Shown: piece by piece, positions 38,858 through 50,034 of the stretch
Layout: every line of letters begins with the position of its first letter
How positions within the stretch are numbered: the first letter of the stretch is position 1
Assembly (NCBI GenBank): GCA_040398005.1
Contig: JBBAUX010000001.1
Span: 258,847 to 322,846 of the forward strand
DNA: 64,000 nt
Direction: 5' to 3'
Origin: Opitutales bacterium
GTDB taxonomy: Bacteria; Verrucomicrobiota; Verrucomicrobiia; Opitutales; UBA953
Program-made: the position numbers and the translations under genes
Notes under the pieces: model-generated
The model's input: only the letters and a program-made list of their open reading frames with translations
Told to the model about the DNA's origin: nothing
Databases searched by the model: none

Positions 38858-39741
38858 CTTTTACGCGACGCCATCTGCGTGATTAACATGCAGAGAAAAT
38901 TAGTATTGGCTTCACAGGCACGCAGGTTGCCAACGGCTTCATCAGTCAGTTGCTTGATACGCGCCCGTGTCGCTTCGATACCGTAAAGATTAGCGAAAGT
39001 TAACTTATCATTATCTTTATCCGCTCCCACGGGTTTGCCTAAGCTGGCCGTAGTTCCGTGAGCGTCTAATAAATCATCAACCAATTGGAAGGCGATGCCG
39101 GCTTGTTGTCCCGCTAATCTAAAGTGTTCGATCTCTTTGGTTGATGCACCGCCAATGCGTGCACCCAACGTCAGTGACACACTCAACATGGCTGCCGTTT
39201 TTCCACGTAAAATAAATTCAAGTTTCTCCGACTGATTTTTCTTATCACCGGTATTCATGTCTTCCGCCTGTCCGCCGACGAGTAACGTTGATCCAGCTGC
39301 TTCTGCGAGTTCGCCCACGAGTTCTTGAACGAGAGTGGGATGATCGGAGTATCCTTGAGTTAAGAGTTTAAAGGCTAAAGGAATGAGCGCATCGCCAGCG
39401 AGCAGGGCAGTGGCTTCGTCGAATGCTTTATGGCAGGAAGGTCTGCCGCGTCGTAAATCGGAATTATCCATGCACGGCAAATCATCATGGATCAGTGAAT
39501 AGCTGTGAATGCACTCTATCGCGGTGGCTGCGTGTCGTGCATCGGCATCTGCCCGAAACGCTTTAGCTGCGGCTAAACAGAGTACCGGACGCAATCGCTT
39601 GCCACCCGCATCGAGCGAGTAGCGCATGGCTTCGTGTAATCGTGCCGGCGTAGTTGTGGCTGAAGGTGTAAGCGAACGCAGCGCTTTTTCTGCTTCTTGA
39701 ACGAGGTCGTCGAATTGCTTCTGGAAAAGCGCAGCGTCCAT
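38854..39741 (-). CDS. ispA: Polyprenyl (farnesyl/geranylgeranyl) diphosphate synthase
   Basis: GGKRLRP, SLIHDDLPCMDNSDLRRG, AGDAL, GQAED, KT, FQLVDDLLD. Confidence 0.92.
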   Translation of the reverse strand: MDAALFQKQFDDLVQEAEKALRSLTPSATTTPARLHEAMRYSLDAGGKRLRPVLCLAAAKAFRADADARHAATAIECIHSYSLIHDDLPCMDNSDLRRGRPSCHKAFDEATALLAGDALIPLAFKLLTQGYSDHPTLVQELVGELAEAAGSTLLVGGQAEDMNTGDKKNQSEKLEFILRGKTAAMLSVSLTLGARIGGASTKEIEHFRLAGQQAGIAFQLVDDLLDAHGTTASLGKPVGADKDNDKLTFANLYGIEATRARIKQLTDEAVGNLRACEANTNFLCMLITQMASRKS

Positions 39742-39743
39742 TT

Positions 39744-40043
39744 TTATTCTTCGCTTATACCTAATTTGAAAAATGTCGCGGTACGTCCGACTGAGCCGAT
39801 GACTTCACTGTGCGTGAGACTTGCCAGGGATTGAGCTTGTTGCTCCATGACATCGCGTTCGGAGTTGAAACGGACTTTAACGAGGTCGGCATTTTTAAAG
39901 GCATCTTCGAGAAGTTTAGCGATACCATCATTGACGCCTAACTTTCCAACAAAGACTTTGGGGTCCAGCGTTTGAGCTAGCCCACGCAACTTGCTACGCT
40001 CGGCACTGGTTAGAGTAGGTTTGTCGGTTGATCCATTATCCAT
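39744..40043 (-). CDS. yhbY: YhbY (CRM domain) RNA-binding protein
   Basis: LTSAERSKLRGLAQTLDP.VFVGK.G, LVKVRF, VGRTATFF. Confidence 0.88.
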   Translation of the reverse strand: MDNGSTDKPTLTSAERSKLRGLAQTLDPKVFVGKLGVNDGIAKLLEDAFKNADLVKVRFNSERDVMEQQAQSLASLTHSEVIGSVGRTATFFKLGISEE

Positions 40044-40202
40044 AAGCCGATTTCAAAGGCGTCGCTGGGAGAGTCAACGGGCTAATCTTTAAGGATACCC
40101 CAGTTTTAGCGTATTTTGGTACTCAATTATCGGTAATTAACGGCCAAATACGGCTTGCATAGCTGAGTCCAGCCTGTCACTAAAGACGGCTTAACTTCGT
40201 TA

Positions 40203-40338
40203 GGGAGAGGGGCGGAGCCCTTCTCACGCTGGCCGGAGAGCGAAAGCTCTTTCCAGACGGAGGTACCGGCCATTCGGCGGGTCCTCGGGAATTTTTCCCA
40301 AGTCGGTCAAAAAAACAAAACCAAAACTCACCACACCC
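40203..40338 (+). ncRNA. Structured 5' leader of rpsO (candidate S15 autoregulatory element)
   Basis: Hairpin GAGAGGGGC/GCCCTTCTC, then a three-way junction closed by TGGCCGG/CCGGCCA with arms AGAGC-GAAA-GCTCT and TTCC-AGAC-GGAG. Confidence 0.55.
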
Positions 40339-40599
40339 ATGACAATCAACAAGTCGGAAATTATCAAAAGCAACCAGAAGGACGCTAAAGACACAGGATC
40401 ACCTGAAGTCCAAGTCGCCATCGTTTCTGCGCGCATTAACCACCTCACCGAGCACTTGCGCGATCACCGCAAAGACTTCCACTCACGTCGCGGTCTCATC
40501 ATGCTGACCAACCGCCGTCGTAAGCTGCTCAATTATTTAAAGTCGAGCGATCTGGACCGTTACAACGCCCTCATCGTTAAACTCAACCTGCGTAAGTAA
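40339..40599 (+). CDS. rpsO: 30S ribosomal protein S15
   Basis: [34 protein letters not shown]. Confidence 0.97.
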   Translation: MTINKSEIIKSNQKDAKDTGSPEVQVAIVSARINHLTEHLRDHRKDFHSRRGLIMLTNRRRKLLNYLKSSDLDRYNALIVKLNLRK

Positions 40600-40721
40600 T
40601 TTAGGCGCACAGCGCTGAGTTACCACGCACGTCCCAGCCCATGCTGGGACGTTGCATTTCACCTCAACAAAACCAAAACCCGCTGGGCAATCCCGTTCAG
40701 CACAAAAACCAAACAAAACAT

Positions 40722-42947
40722 ATGAAACAACAACACTCCGTGACTATCGACGAACTCGGTATCACTATCAGCACAGGTTCCTTAGCACGTCTCGCTAATG
40801 GCTCTGTGACGATCAGCAAAGGCGAGACCACGGTCTTCGTTTCTGCTACCGCCGCCGAAGAATTGCGTTCACCCGACCAAGACTTTTTCCCGCTCACCGT
40901 AGACTACCGCGAAAAGTTCGCTGCCGCTGGCCGCTTCCCCGGTGGTTATTTCCGCCGCGAAGGTAAACCTTCCGATAAAGAAATTTTAACCTCACGTCTT
41001 TGCGATCGTCCTCTCCGTCCTCTCTTCCCCGAAGGTTTCTTAAATGAAGTTCAAGTCATTGGCTTACTGCTTTCGGCTGACCTCGTGAATGAGCCCGATG
41101 TCTTAATGGTAAACGCTGCTTCTGCTGCCTTACTTTGTTCTGACATTCCTTGGAACGGTCCGATCGGTTGTATCCGCTTAGGTCGCGTTGAAGGTAAGTT
41201 CGTAGTGAATCCTACCCACGAAGAACAATTCGCCTCTGATCTCGATTTAATCTACGTCGGCAATGAGCGCGACATGATGATGATTGAAGGTTCGGCTGAT
41301 CAAATTCCTGAAGCCGACTTCATTGCGGCCCTTGAATACGCTCACAAGGCGATCCAGCCTATCATCGCAGCTCAACGTAAGTTAGCTTCACTCTGTGCGA
41401 AGAAAAAGCGCGTTTTCCCTCTCGTCGTTTGTGAACCTAAAGCATTAGCCATTTGCGAACGCGTGGCCGCCGAAGGCGATCAACTCAAGAAGGCCATTTT
41501 CTTGGCTTCCAAGAAAGAACGTGGCGACGCAGTTAAGGCCGTCGTTGAAAAATCTAAGGCTGCTTGCCAAGCAGAACTCGGCGCCGTCTTTGACGCTCGC
41601 CAAATCAAGATCGCTTTCGAAAAACTCCAAGAAAAAGTTTATCGCTCGGCTATCATTGAGAACGGTCAACGTGCTGACGGTCGTGGTACCAATGACCTTC
41701 GTCCGATCTCCTGTCAGGTCGACGTCTTACCTCGCGTACACGGCTCTGCGATTTTCCAACGTGGCGAAACTCAAGGCCTCGTATTAGCAACTCTCGGAAC
41801 TTCGAAAGATGCTCAAGACGTAGACGCCATCACGGGCGGTGCAAAATCGAAGTCATTCCTCCTGCACTATAACTTCCCTCCATTCTCAGTAGGTGAGACC
41901 GGACGTTTTGGTATGACCAGCCGTCGTGAGACGGGTCACGGCAATCTCGCTGAGCGCTCCCTGCTCTCCGTTCTGCCTTCCGAACAAGACTTCCCTTACT
42001 CAATCCGCTTAGTCTCCGAAATCATGGAGTCCAATGGTTCAACCTCCATGGCTTCGGTTTGCGGTGGTACTTTAGCTCTCATGGATGCAGGCGTACCTAT
42101 TAAAGCTCCTGTTGCCGGTATCTCTTGTGGTTTAGTCACCGAAGAGAAAGACGGTAAAGTCGTGAAGCACCGCGTGCTCACCGACATCATCGGTGCCGAA
42201 GATCACTACGGCGATATGGACTTCAAAATCTGTGGTACCACCGAAGGTATCACCGGTTTCCAGCTCGACCTTAAGATCCACGGTCTGCCCATCGAAATTG
42301 CGAAGGAAGCCATTATGCAGAACAAGGTCACCCGTGACCAAATTCTCGGTTACATGGTGTCAACCCTCTCGGCACCTCGTGCAGAGCTCAAGCCCTGTGC
42401 TCCTCGTACCCATCGCCTGAAGATTCCTTCTGATAAGATCGGTGCACTCATCGGTCCTGGCGGTAAGAATATCAAACGCATCACCGAGTACACGGGCTGC
42501 CAATTAGATATCGACCAAGACGACTCTGGTTGGGTAACAATCTTCGCGACTGACGGCGAAAAACTCGCTCGTGCCATCAACGAAGTAAATCTCATCTCAG
42601 CCCAAATCGAATTAGAAAAAACCTATAAAGGTGTTGTTCGCTCGGTGAAGGAATTCGGTGCCTTCATTGAATGTCTCCCTGGTCAAGAAGGCCTCGTCCA
42701 CATATCCGAACTCGCTGACTTCCGTGTGAACCGCGTTGAAGACATCGTTAAGCTCGGTGATGAAATCATTGTGAAGTGCGTAGGCATCGATGACAAAGGT
42801 CGCGTCCGTCTCTCCCGTCGTGCTGCGATTGCTGAAAAAGAAGGCCGTGAATACGCGCCAGCTCAAAAGCCAGCCTTTGATCGCCCTGAGCGCCCCCGTC
42901 GTCCCTTCCGCGAACGCGGTGGCGATAACGAAGGCGGCGAAGGATAA
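40722..42947 (+). CDS. pnp: Polyribonucleotide nucleotidyltransferase
   Basis: [54 protein letters not shown] (IGPGGK) and S1 domains. Confidence 0.97.
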   Translation: MKQQHSVTIDELGITISTGSLARLANGSVTISKGETTVFVSATAAEELRSPDQDFFPLTVDYREKFAAAGRFPGGYFRREGKPSDKEILTSRLCDRPLRPLFPEGFLNEVQVIGLLLSADLVNEPDVLMVNAASAALLCSDIPWNGPIGCIRLGRVEGKFVVNPTHEEQFASDLDLIYVGNERDMMMIEGSADQIPEADFIAALEYAHKAIQPIIAAQRKLASLCAKKKRVFPLVVCEPKALAICERVAAEGDQLKKAIFLASKKERGDAVKAVVEKSKAACQAELGAVFDARQIKIAFEKLQEKVYRSAIIENGQRADGRGTNDLRPISCQVDVLPRVHGSAIFQRGETQGLVLATLGTSKDAQDVDAITGGAKSKSFLLHYNFPPFSVGETGRFGMTSRRETGHGNLAERSLLSVLPSEQDFPYSIRLVSEIMESNGSTSMASVCGGTLALMDAGVPIKAPVAGISCGLVTEEKDGKVVKHRVLTDIIGAEDHYGDMDFKICGTTEGITGFQLDLKIHGLPIEIAKEAIMQNKVTRDQILGYMVSTLSAPRAELKPCAPRTHRLKIPSDKIGALIGPGGKNIKRITEYTGCQLDIDQDDSGWVTIFATDGEKLARAINEVNLISAQIELEKTYKGVVRSVKEFGAFIECLPGQEGLVHISELADFRVNRVEDIVKLGDEIIVKCVGIDDKGRVRLSRRAAIAEKEGREYAPAQKPAFDRPERPRRPFRERGGDNEGGEG

Positions 42948-42967
42948 TCACTTCAACTGACCTCAAT

Positions 42968-42994
42968 AAAAACCCCGGTTCGCCGGGGTTTTTT
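42968..42994. terminator. Terminator after pnp
   Basis: AAAAACCCCGG-TTCG-CCGGGGTTTTTT. Confidence 0.88.
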
Positions 42995-43005
42995 GTTGGG
43001 ACGAT

Positions 43006-43614
43006 TTAGCGCTTACGTAAATCAATCACGTACGAGCGGGTAAACATATCGTGCCACGCCCTGCGGTCTTTGCGAAACAGTGGAACGTGAAAATTGATGA
43101 TGCCTAAAATTGAAGTAAACGGATTAAAGAGATTTATAAACGCCGCTTTCCATGCTGAGCGTAGTAAGCAGGAAAGAACGCCGGGTGACTCTTGAGTGTA
43201 AAAGTCGACCACCTTTAAGCTAAACATTCGCTTACCGAGGGTTTGACCGCCCAGGAAAATTTCCTGCAAGGCGAGTCCTAGCCAGGTAACCAGAAAACAA
43301 ATTTCACCCATTTGGGTCAGAGCGATGGCTACGGCCTTCATATCTTTTTCGTCCGGGTGTTGCGCCATCTGCATGAGTTTGTTCTGCTCTTGAACGGATG
43401 GGTTCTGAATGACCTTCACGTATTGATTCTTAATTTTATTATAAAAGGCATCAGTGCGTTCCCGAGCCGCTAATTCTTCGGTATTAGCAACCTGGCCCGC
43501 TAAAAATAACCCGATAATAATGAGCGGAATGATGTCTGCCAAACACGCTAATGATCGCCAGCCAAATCCTGCGGGTGGGCGGGGTAGTGGAGGAGGGGTG
43601 GACGAATTAGCCAC
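43006..43614 (-). CDS. RDD family membrane protein (start uncertain, up to 43632)
   Basis: [33 protein letters not shown]. Confidence 0.85.
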   Translation of the reverse strand: MANSSTPPPLPRPPAGFGWRSLACLADIIPLIIIGLFLAGQVANTEELAARERTDAFYNKIKNQYVKVIQNPSVQEQNKLMQMAQHPDEKDMKAVAIALTQMGEICFLVTWLGLALQEIFLGGQTLGKRMFSLKVVDFYTQESPGVLSCLLRSAWKAAFINLFNPFTSILGIINFHVPLFRKDRRAWHDMFTRSYVIDLRKR

Positions 43615-44479
43615 GTGCGTTCGCACGCTCACAGGCGTCCAAAGTATTTTTCATCAGCATCGCGACCGTCATGGGACCGACCCCACCCGGTACTGGACTG
43701 ATTGCGCTGCTCACTTTAGAAACATTTTCAAAATCAACATCTCCGATAATGGCATAACCATTTTTCTTGGTCGCATCAGCCACTCGATTGATTCCGACAT
43801 CAATGACCACTGCCCCCGGCTTGATCATGTCCGCTGTAATAAATTTGGCCTTACCGATGGCAGCAATGACGATATCGGCCTGACGAATAATCGCCGACAA
43901 ATCCTTGGTCTGTGAATGCGTAATGGTGACCGTACAATTGCATGCCTTAGAAATAAGTAAAATCGCAGCGGGTTTACCTACGATTAATGAACGCCCCACC
44001 ACTACGGCATGTTTACCACTGGTTTCAATGTTGGAACGTTTTAATAATTCAATCACGCCAGCCGGAGTGCAGGCGGCAAACGCACCAGGAATTTCTTGAA
44101 CTAATTTACCAATGCTGAGTGTGCCGAAGCCATCGACATCTTTTTGCGATGCGACTCGATTAAATACATCAGTTTCGGATAAATGTTTAGGCAATGGAGC
44201 CTGAATTAAAATCCCGTGTACGGAGCTATCGGCATTGAGTGCGTCGATATGTTTAAATAAATCAGCTTGGGTTACGGTCTCAGGAAAAACTTTGATACTA
44301 GCCTGCATGCCGACTTCGGCGGCGGTCTTTTGTTTCTTGGTTACATAGGAGACCGAAGCAGGATCTTCCCCTACGCGGATGAATGCTACATGGGGAATGA
44401 TAGGCGCCAGCCGGGCCACTCGCGCTTTGATTTCCGCGAGAACCTCCTGGGCGATTAAATTACCATCAATGAGTCTCAT
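43607..44479 (-). CDS. folD: Methylenetetrahydrofolate dehydrogenase/cyclohydrolase
   Basis: [58 protein letters not shown]. Confidence 0.97.
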   Translation of the reverse strand: MRLIDGNLIAQEVLAEIKARVARLAPIIPHVAFIRVGEDPASVSYVTKKQKTAAEVGMQASIKVFPETVTQADLFKHIDALNADSSVHGILIQAPLPKHLSETDVFNRVASQKDVDGFGTLSIGKLVQEIPGAFAACTPAGVIELLKRSNIETSGKHAVVVGRSLIVGKPAAILLISKACNCTVTITHSQTKDLSAIIRQADIVIAAIGKAKFITADMIKPGAVVIDVGINRVADATKKNGYAIIGDVDFENVSKVSSAISPVPGGVGPMTVAMLMKNTLDACERANARG

Positions 44480-44568
44480 ACCCCCTGTGTAAGATAAAAA
44501 GTGAGGGGAGGGCGAGATAACTTATTCATGGCTCGCCCTTTGACCCCGATTGGCTCTATGCCATAGGG

Positions 44569-45291
44569 GTGTCGACCGAAGACTCCATGCGTATCCAAAA
44601 ATTCCTAGCCCAAGCTGGGGTTTGCTCTCGTCGTGACGCCGAACGTCTGGTGGCCGAAGGTTCGATTACCATTAACGGGAAAATCGCAGCCGTGGGTCAG
44701 CCCGTTAACGCGGAAACCGATGTGGTGCGTTATCGGGGTAAAGAAATTAAACCGCTGGCACGTAATGTAGTTTTAATGATGAATAAGCCGAAAGGTTTTT
44801 TATGCACGAATGATGACTCTCACGGTGGCCACACAGTTTTCGAAATGGTGCCACCCGAGTATAAAGTGATTCGACTCTTCTGCGTGGGTCGCCTCGATAA
44901 AGATTCCGAAGGGCTTTTACTTTTAACCAACGACGGAGCTTTAGCTAATAAAGTCATGCATCCCTCGGGCGGAGTCATCAAGCGCTACGAAGTTCACTTG
45001 AATCGTGATTACGATCCGAAACTTACGCCTAAGTTAATCAAAGGTGCGATGGAAGAGGGCGAACGTTTGCGCTTTAAGAAAGTGATTCGTAATCCCGAAA
45101 ACCCCAAGCAATTAGAAGTTCACTTGGACCAAGGTCGTAAGCGCGAAATTCGACGTCTCTTTGAAATTTTTGGTTTCCACGTGAAGATTCTTCGCCGCTT
45201 CCAAATCGGCAGTTTGGTTCTTCGGAAAATGCCCCCCGGTGATTGTCGCCCGCTTTCACAAAAAGAAATCGGTATGCTCTTCGAGAATTAA
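44569..45291 (+). CDS. RsuA/RluB family pseudouridine synthase
   Basis: S4 domain RIQKFLAQAGVCSRR, NKPKG, VGRLDKDSEGLLLLTNDG, GRKREIRR. Confidence 0.92.
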   Translation: MSTEDSMRIQKFLAQAGVCSRRDAERLVAEGSITINGKIAAVGQPVNAETDVVRYRGKEIKPLARNVVLMMNKPKGFLCTNDDSHGGHTVFEMVPPEYKVIRLFCVGRLDKDSEGLLLLTNDGALANKVMHPSGGVIKRYEVHLNRDYDPKLTPKLIKGAMEEGERLRFKKVIRNPENPKQLEVHLDQGRKREIRRLFEIFGFHVKILRRFQIGSLVLRKMPPGDCRPLSQKEIGMLFEN

Positions 45292-45344
45292 GCCTTAAAT
45301 AATAGGAATTGCACCTAAGCCCGCTTTAAACCAACCCTTTTATT

Positions 45345-46493
45345 ATGTCTGCTGTTTACGATAAAAATAACCCATTCCACGCCAAACTCGTGGAACGTCG
45401 CCGTCTGAGCTCTGCCGCGAGTCTCAAAGACACTCAACATTTCTCCGTCTCAATCGAAGGCAGTGGCCTGTCCTATACGTGTGGTTATTCGCTAGGTGTT
45501 TTTCCAAGTAATAATCTTAACGCTGTGGACGCTTTGCTTAAGACGACGGGTTTTAGCGGTACCGAGTCCGTGACGATTCCTAAAGACGTTGCCGCGATTA
45601 CTTTAAAAGAGGCTCTTACCCATCGCTTATCTTTAAATCACCCCACCTATAAGTTTGTTCAATTTCTCCATGATCGCGCTACCGACGAAGCACAGAAAGC
45701 CGTATTAGCTTCTCGCATTGCGGAAATAGATCCTGAAAAAAAGAAATCCTGGATTGAGCAGCATGAATACGTCGATCTCCTTGCTGAATTTTCTTCCGCT
45801 AAAATTACCGCTCAAGAATTAGTCGAACTACAACGCAAGCTCATGCCTCGTCTGTATTCAATTTCTTCCGCACCCTCTAAATATCCTAACGAAATTCATC
45901 TCACCGTTGCCGTCGTGCGTTATGAAACCAATGGACGTAAGAGAGAAGGGGTTTGTTCCACTTACTTGGCTGATCGTATTGCGTTAAACACCGCTGAGGT
46001 GCCTGTCTTTGTTGCTCATTCTCACTTTGGTTTACCCACCGACGATTCAGTGCCCATCATCATGGTCGGACCTGGTACGGGCGTCGCCCCTTTCCGTAGT
46101 TTCGTGATGGATCGCGCCACCCGCGGTGCCAAAGGTCGCAACTGGTTATTCTTTGGTGAGCAACGCAAGGACCATGATTTTCTTTATGCCGATGAGTGGG
46201 CTGATTATTTAAAATCAGGTGTGTTGACCCGACTCGACCTCGCGTTCTCACGCGACCAAGCCGAGAAAATTTACGTCCAGGATCGGATGCGCGAAAATGC
46301 CGCTGAGTTATGGAAATGGATTTCGGAAGGCGCTTATTTCTATGTTTGCGGTGACGCGAAACGCATGGCGAAAGATGTCGACGCTGCTCTCCATCAAATC
46401 GTTTCCGAACAAGGTAAGATGTCACCTGAGGAAGCGGTCGAATGGGTTAAGCATTTCAAGAAAGAAGGACGCTACCAACGCGATGTTTACTGA
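45345..46493 (+). CDS. CysJ-like FAD/NADPH-binding reductase lacking the flavodoxin domain
   Basis: PRLYSISS, GVCSTYL, MVGPGTGVAPFR, WLFFG, AFSRDQ, YVQ, YVCGDAKRMAKDV, RYQRDVY; only 382 aa. Confidence 0.88.
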   Translation: MSAVYDKNNPFHAKLVERRRLSSAASLKDTQHFSVSIEGSGLSYTCGYSLGVFPSNNLNAVDALLKTTGFSGTESVTIPKDVAAITLKEALTHRLSLNHPTYKFVQFLHDRATDEAQKAVLASRIAEIDPEKKKSWIEQHEYVDLLAEFSSAKITAQELVELQRKLMPRLYSISSAPSKYPNEIHLTVAVVRYETNGRKREGVCSTYLADRIALNTAEVPVFVAHSHFGLPTDDSVPIIMVGPGTGVAPFRSFVMDRATRGAKGRNWLFFGEQRKDHDFLYADEWADYLKSGVLTRLDLAFSRDQAEKIYVQDRMRENAAELWKWISEGAYFYVCGDAKRMAKDVDAALHQIVSEQGKMSPEEAVEWVKHFKKEGRYQRDVY

Positions 46494-46561
46494 GCATTTC
46501 AGACTTATTTCCTTAAATTCGTCACTTGCCTAAACACCCGTTTCCCTCCACTTAAATACCC

Positions 46562-47305
46562 ATGCATCTCACGCACAATCCTCGCGTAGCTTTAGTCACG
46601 GGTGCCGGTCGTGGTATCGGCAAAGCCATCGCCGAACGTCTCGCCGCTCACGGTCACACTGTACTTTGCGTTTCCAAATCCGAAACCTGCGTTGCTGTTG
46701 CTAACGACATCATCGCGAAGGGTCAAAAGGCGAAAGCATTTCAAGTCGATGTCTCCGACGCCGCTGCTGTGGCTAAAGCCTGCGAACAGATTAACGCCGA
46801 ATTCGGTGCTGTAGAAATTTTAGTGAACAACGCTGGCATCACTCGCGACAAACTCGTCATGGCGATGTCCGATCAAGATTGGAACGATGTCATCTCCACC
46901 AATCTCTCTTCCGCTTTCTATTGGGTGAAAGGTCTCGTTCGTCCCATGACCAAAAAGCGCTGGGGTCGTATCATTAGCATTTCATCAGTCACAGGTGTTC
47001 AAGGTAACGCCGGGCAGGCCAACTACGCTTCGGCTAAAGCCGGACTCCATGGATTGACCATGACGCTCGCCCGCGAACTCGCTGGTCGTAGCATCACCGC
47101 CAACGCGGTAGCTCCTGGCTTTATTACAACTGATATGACGGGTGAGCTCACCGATGAGATTAAACAGAAGATTTTAGGCGTCATTCCTCTGGGCCGTTTC
47201 GGCGCCCCCTCTGATATCGCTGCAATGGTTGACTTTTTAGCCTCTGAAGAGGGCGGTTATATCACCGGACAGGTCTTTTCTGTTGACGGAGGAATGGCTA
47301 TCTGA
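46562..47305 (+). CDS. fabG: 3-oxoacyl-ACP reductase
   Basis: TGAGRGIG, NNAGITRD, GQANYASAK, PGFITTDMT. Confidence 0.95.
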   Translation: MHLTHNPRVALVTGAGRGIGKAIAERLAAHGHTVLCVSKSETCVAVANDIIAKGQKAKAFQVDVSDAAAVAKACEQINAEFGAVEILVNNAGITRDKLVMAMSDQDWNDVISTNLSSAFYWVKGLVRPMTKKRWGRIISISSVTGVQGNAGQANYASAKAGLHGLTMTLARELAGRSITANAVAPGFITTDMTGELTDEIKQKILGVIPLGRFGAPSDIAAMVDFLASEEGGYITGQVFSVDGGMAI

Positions 47306-47336
47306 CACCTAAAAATCAACAAAACCGACCTTTACC

Positions 47337-47582
47337 ATGCCTGAAAATATCGAAAAACGTGTCACCGACATCATCGTTAAACAGTTGAGCGTCAACGCCG
47401 AGCAGGTCACTGCCGCCGCTGGCTTCCAAACTGATCTTAAGGCCGATTCGCTCGACCTCGTAGAAATCATCATGGCTTTTGAAGACGAATTTGGCATCGC
47501 TTCAATTCCTGAAGAAAAAGCTGCGTCCATGAAGACCGTGGGCGACGCGATCGAGTACATTAAGGCCAACGCCACCAAATAA
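47337..47582 (+). CDS. acpP: Acyl carrier protein
   Basis: DLKADSLDLVEIIMAFEDEF; between fabG and fabF. Confidence 0.95.
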   Translation: MPENIEKRVTDIIVKQLSVNAEQVTAAAGFQTDLKADSLDLVEIIMAFEDEFGIASIPEEKAASMKTVGDAIEYIKANATK

Positions 47583-47608
47583 TTCTCACGGGCCATCCGC
47601 CCGTAATC

Positions 47609-48865
47609 GTGAGCACACCAAGCAATCCTCGCCGAGTAGTCGTAACAGGCATTGGTTGTCTGACGTCTCTTGGTCCCGACACTGCAATCTTCTGGGACTC
47701 TTTGTTAAAGGGTCGCTCAGGTATCTCACGCGTCACTCGTTTCGACCCGACTGATTTTCCTTCGAAGGTTGGCGCCGAAATCAGAGATTTTGATCCAGGT
47801 AAATTCATGGATCCGAAAGAAGCGAAACGTAACGATCGCTACACTCAGTACGCCGTCGCCGCTTCACGCATGGCTGTTGAAGACGCTAAACTCGACGTCA
47901 ATAAAATCGATTCCGAACGCTTCGGTGTGATCATCGGCTCAGGTATCGGCGGAATGGAGACCATCGAAAACCAAGCGCGTATCCTCATCGAACGTGGTCC
48001 ATCTCGCGTCTCACCTTTTACGATTCCTTCTTTAATCGCCAATATCGCTTCAGGCGTCGTCGCAATTGAATTCAAAGCGAAGTCCGTAAACTTCGGCGTC
48101 GTCTCTGCCTGCGCTTCAGGTTCTCACTCTCTCGGCGAAGCGATGCGACATATTCGCGATGGCCACGCCGATGTCATGCTTTCAGGCGGTTCCGAAGCGA
48201 CCATTACCCGTTTAGCCTACGCCGGATTCTGTAATATGAAGGCGATGTCTACCGACTTTAACGACACCCCCGAAAAGGCTTCACGTCCTTTCGATAAATT
48301 ACGCGATGGTTTTATTATGGGCGAAGGTTCGGGCGTTTTAGTCATCGAAGAACTCGAACACGCCAAAGCCCGCGGTGCCCGTATTTATTGCGAACTCGCT
48401 GGCTATGGTGCGACTTGCGATGCTTACCACATCACTGGACAAGACCAAGAGGGCAAAGGACTCGCTCTCTGTCTCGACCGTGCTCTCGTCGATGCCGGCA
48501 TCCAAAAATCTGAAGTGGATTATATCAACGCTCACGGTACTTCGACCTCGATCAATGATCGTTGTGAGTCTCTCGCTATCAAACGTTCCTTCGGAGATTT
48601 AGCTCCCAAACTCGCCATCTCTTCTACGAAGTCGATGACCGGTCACTTACTCGGTGCCGCAGGTGGAATTGAAGCCGCAGTCTGTGTTCTCGCCATCCAC
48701 AACGGTATCGTTCCTCCGACTATCAATTACGAAAATCCAGATCCTGATTGTGATTTGGATTATATCCCCAACAAGGCTCGCACGATGAAAGTCGACGTCG
48801 CGATTTCCAATAATTTAGGTTTCGGTGGTCATAACGCTTCGCTGGTCTTCAAGCGTTTGAAGTAA
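47609..48865 (+). CDS. fabF: Beta-ketoacyl-ACP synthase II
   Basis: RRVVVTG, SACASG, YINAHGTST, KSMTGHLLGAAG, GFGGHN. Confidence 0.96.
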   Translation: MSTPSNPRRVVVTGIGCLTSLGPDTAIFWDSLLKGRSGISRVTRFDPTDFPSKVGAEIRDFDPGKFMDPKEAKRNDRYTQYAVAASRMAVEDAKLDVNKIDSERFGVIIGSGIGGMETIENQARILIERGPSRVSPFTIPSLIANIASGVVAIEFKAKSVNFGVVSACASGSHSLGEAMRHIRDGHADVMLSGGSEATITRLAYAGFCNMKAMSTDFNDTPEKASRPFDKLRDGFIMGEGSGVLVIEELEHAKARGARIYCELAGYGATCDAYHITGQDQEGKGLALCLDRALVDAGIQKSEVDYINAHGTSTSINDRCESLAIKRSFGDLAPKLAISSTKSMTGHLLGAAGGIEAAVCVLAIHNGIVPPTINYENPDPDCDLDYIPNKARTMKVDVAISNNLGFGGHNASLVFKRLK

Positions 48866-49376
48866 TTGATCCGATCGCCTTTTCCCAAGTCTCGACTTCA
48901 CCTTTAATGCCGTGATGCTGCAGTGCTTGCTTGATTTCACTGTGCGTTGGCTCAGTCACAGCATGCTCCGGATCGGCCGCTAAATCGGGTCGTACTTGCC
49001 TGGTAATCGCCCACGCCGCCCATGCCCGCCATTTCTTTTGCGACGCTCTCTCGCCCTTCACACGATCAGCTAAATGTTGATAATGAACCCGTGCATTGCC
49101 GGTAAATTGTTCCGTGGGCTGACTGACTAACCAGCCAATCACGGCATACGGCAGCGGGTGCTGTTTAAGGCATTCCGCATCGGCAGGCACGTTGCAATAT
49201 AGCGCTCGATCCACCGCTAAAAGTGCCCGTGCCGGTAAATTTTCTAGCCACAACTGTTGTCCGTATTCTAAGCAGAGTAGGTAAAGTTCTTCGCCTTGAT
49301 CATCGCGCAAAGCATTGAGCTCGCGCCAAGATAATTTCCTTAGACCAAACGGTAAATGGGGGCAGGGTGTCGCCAC
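48849..49376 (-). CDS. Hypothetical protein
   Basis: 175-aa ORF at the end of a minus-strand operon; GNARVHYQHLADR, RAWAAW. Confidence 0.7.
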   Translation of the reverse strand: MATPCPHLPFGLRKLSWRELNALRDDQGEELYLLCLEYGQQLWLENLPARALLAVDRALYCNVPADAECLKQHPLPYAVIGWLVSQPTEQFTGNARVHYQHLADRVKGERASQKKWRAWAAWAITRQVRPDLAADPEHAVTEPTHSEIKQALQHHGIKGEVETWEKAIGSITSNA

Positions 49377-49379
49377 AAA

Positions 49380-50030
49380 TTAAGGCCGTGCGTAAGGATT
49401 AGTTTTCTTCTCTTTGCCAACCGATGTCTTACCGCCGTGACCTGGAAGTAAATGGGTTTCCTCAGGCAAAGTAAAAATCTGCTCACGAATAGATTTTAAT
49501 AACTGATTCCAATCGCCATTGGGTAAATCGGTACGTCCGACCGAGCCATTAAAAATAGCATCGCCGGTGAAGGCTAATTTTTCTTCGGCACAGTAAAAGA
49601 GTAGACTTCCCGGACAGTGTCCAGGGACGTGACGAACCTCAAATTTTTTTCCGAGAGCATGGAACGAGTCATCTTGTTTAAGCCACTGAGTTACCTTACA
49701 GGAATGAAAATCTTCTTCCGTTAAAAAGGGCATCATGGCCTGGTAGCGATTGCGATAAGCCTCAATGTTTTCAATCATTTGCTGGTCATCCTCATGGGCT
49801 AATACTTGCGCTCCTGCCGTCGCAAAAGCATGGGCATCACACATGTGATCCCAGTGTCCGTGCGTGATTAAAATGTGCGTAAGCTTAAGGCCACGTTTTT
49901 TAATTTCGGGTAAGAGCGTTTTCGCGGCATCACGCGGTGCGTCGACCACCGCGCAGGATTTTCCGTCCTCCGACGTCAATAAATACGCATTTGTTTCAAA
50001 GGGTCCAAGTGACCAAGATTCAATTTTCAT
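49380..50030 (-). CDS. MBL-fold hydrolase (glyoxalase II/YcbL-like)
   Basis: GPFETNAY, THGHWDH, PGHCPG, GDAIF.GSVGRTDLP, PGHG. Confidence 0.9.
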   Translation of the reverse strand: MKIESWSLGPFETNAYLLTSEDGKSCAVVDAPRDAAKTLLPEIKKRGLKLTHILITHGHWDHMCDAHAFATAGAQVLAHEDDQQMIENIEAYRNRYQAMMPFLTEEDFHSCKVTQWLKQDDSFHALGKKFEVRHVPGHCPGSLLFYCAEEKLAFTGDAIFNGSVGRTDLPNGDWNQLLKSIREQIFTLPEETHLLPGHGGKTSVGKEKKTNPYARP

Positions 50031-50034
50031 AAAA

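Noticed and set aside
40627..40655. Hairpin GCACGTCCCAGC-CCAT-GCTGGGACGTTGC between rpsO and pnp
   Set aside because: The hairpin is real, but a processing or attenuation stem between rpsO and pnp is expected and not novel.
45172..45189. parS-like GTTTCCACGTGAAGAT
   Set aside because: It has about five mismatches to the parS consensus, is not palindromic beyond the core, and lies inside a coding region.
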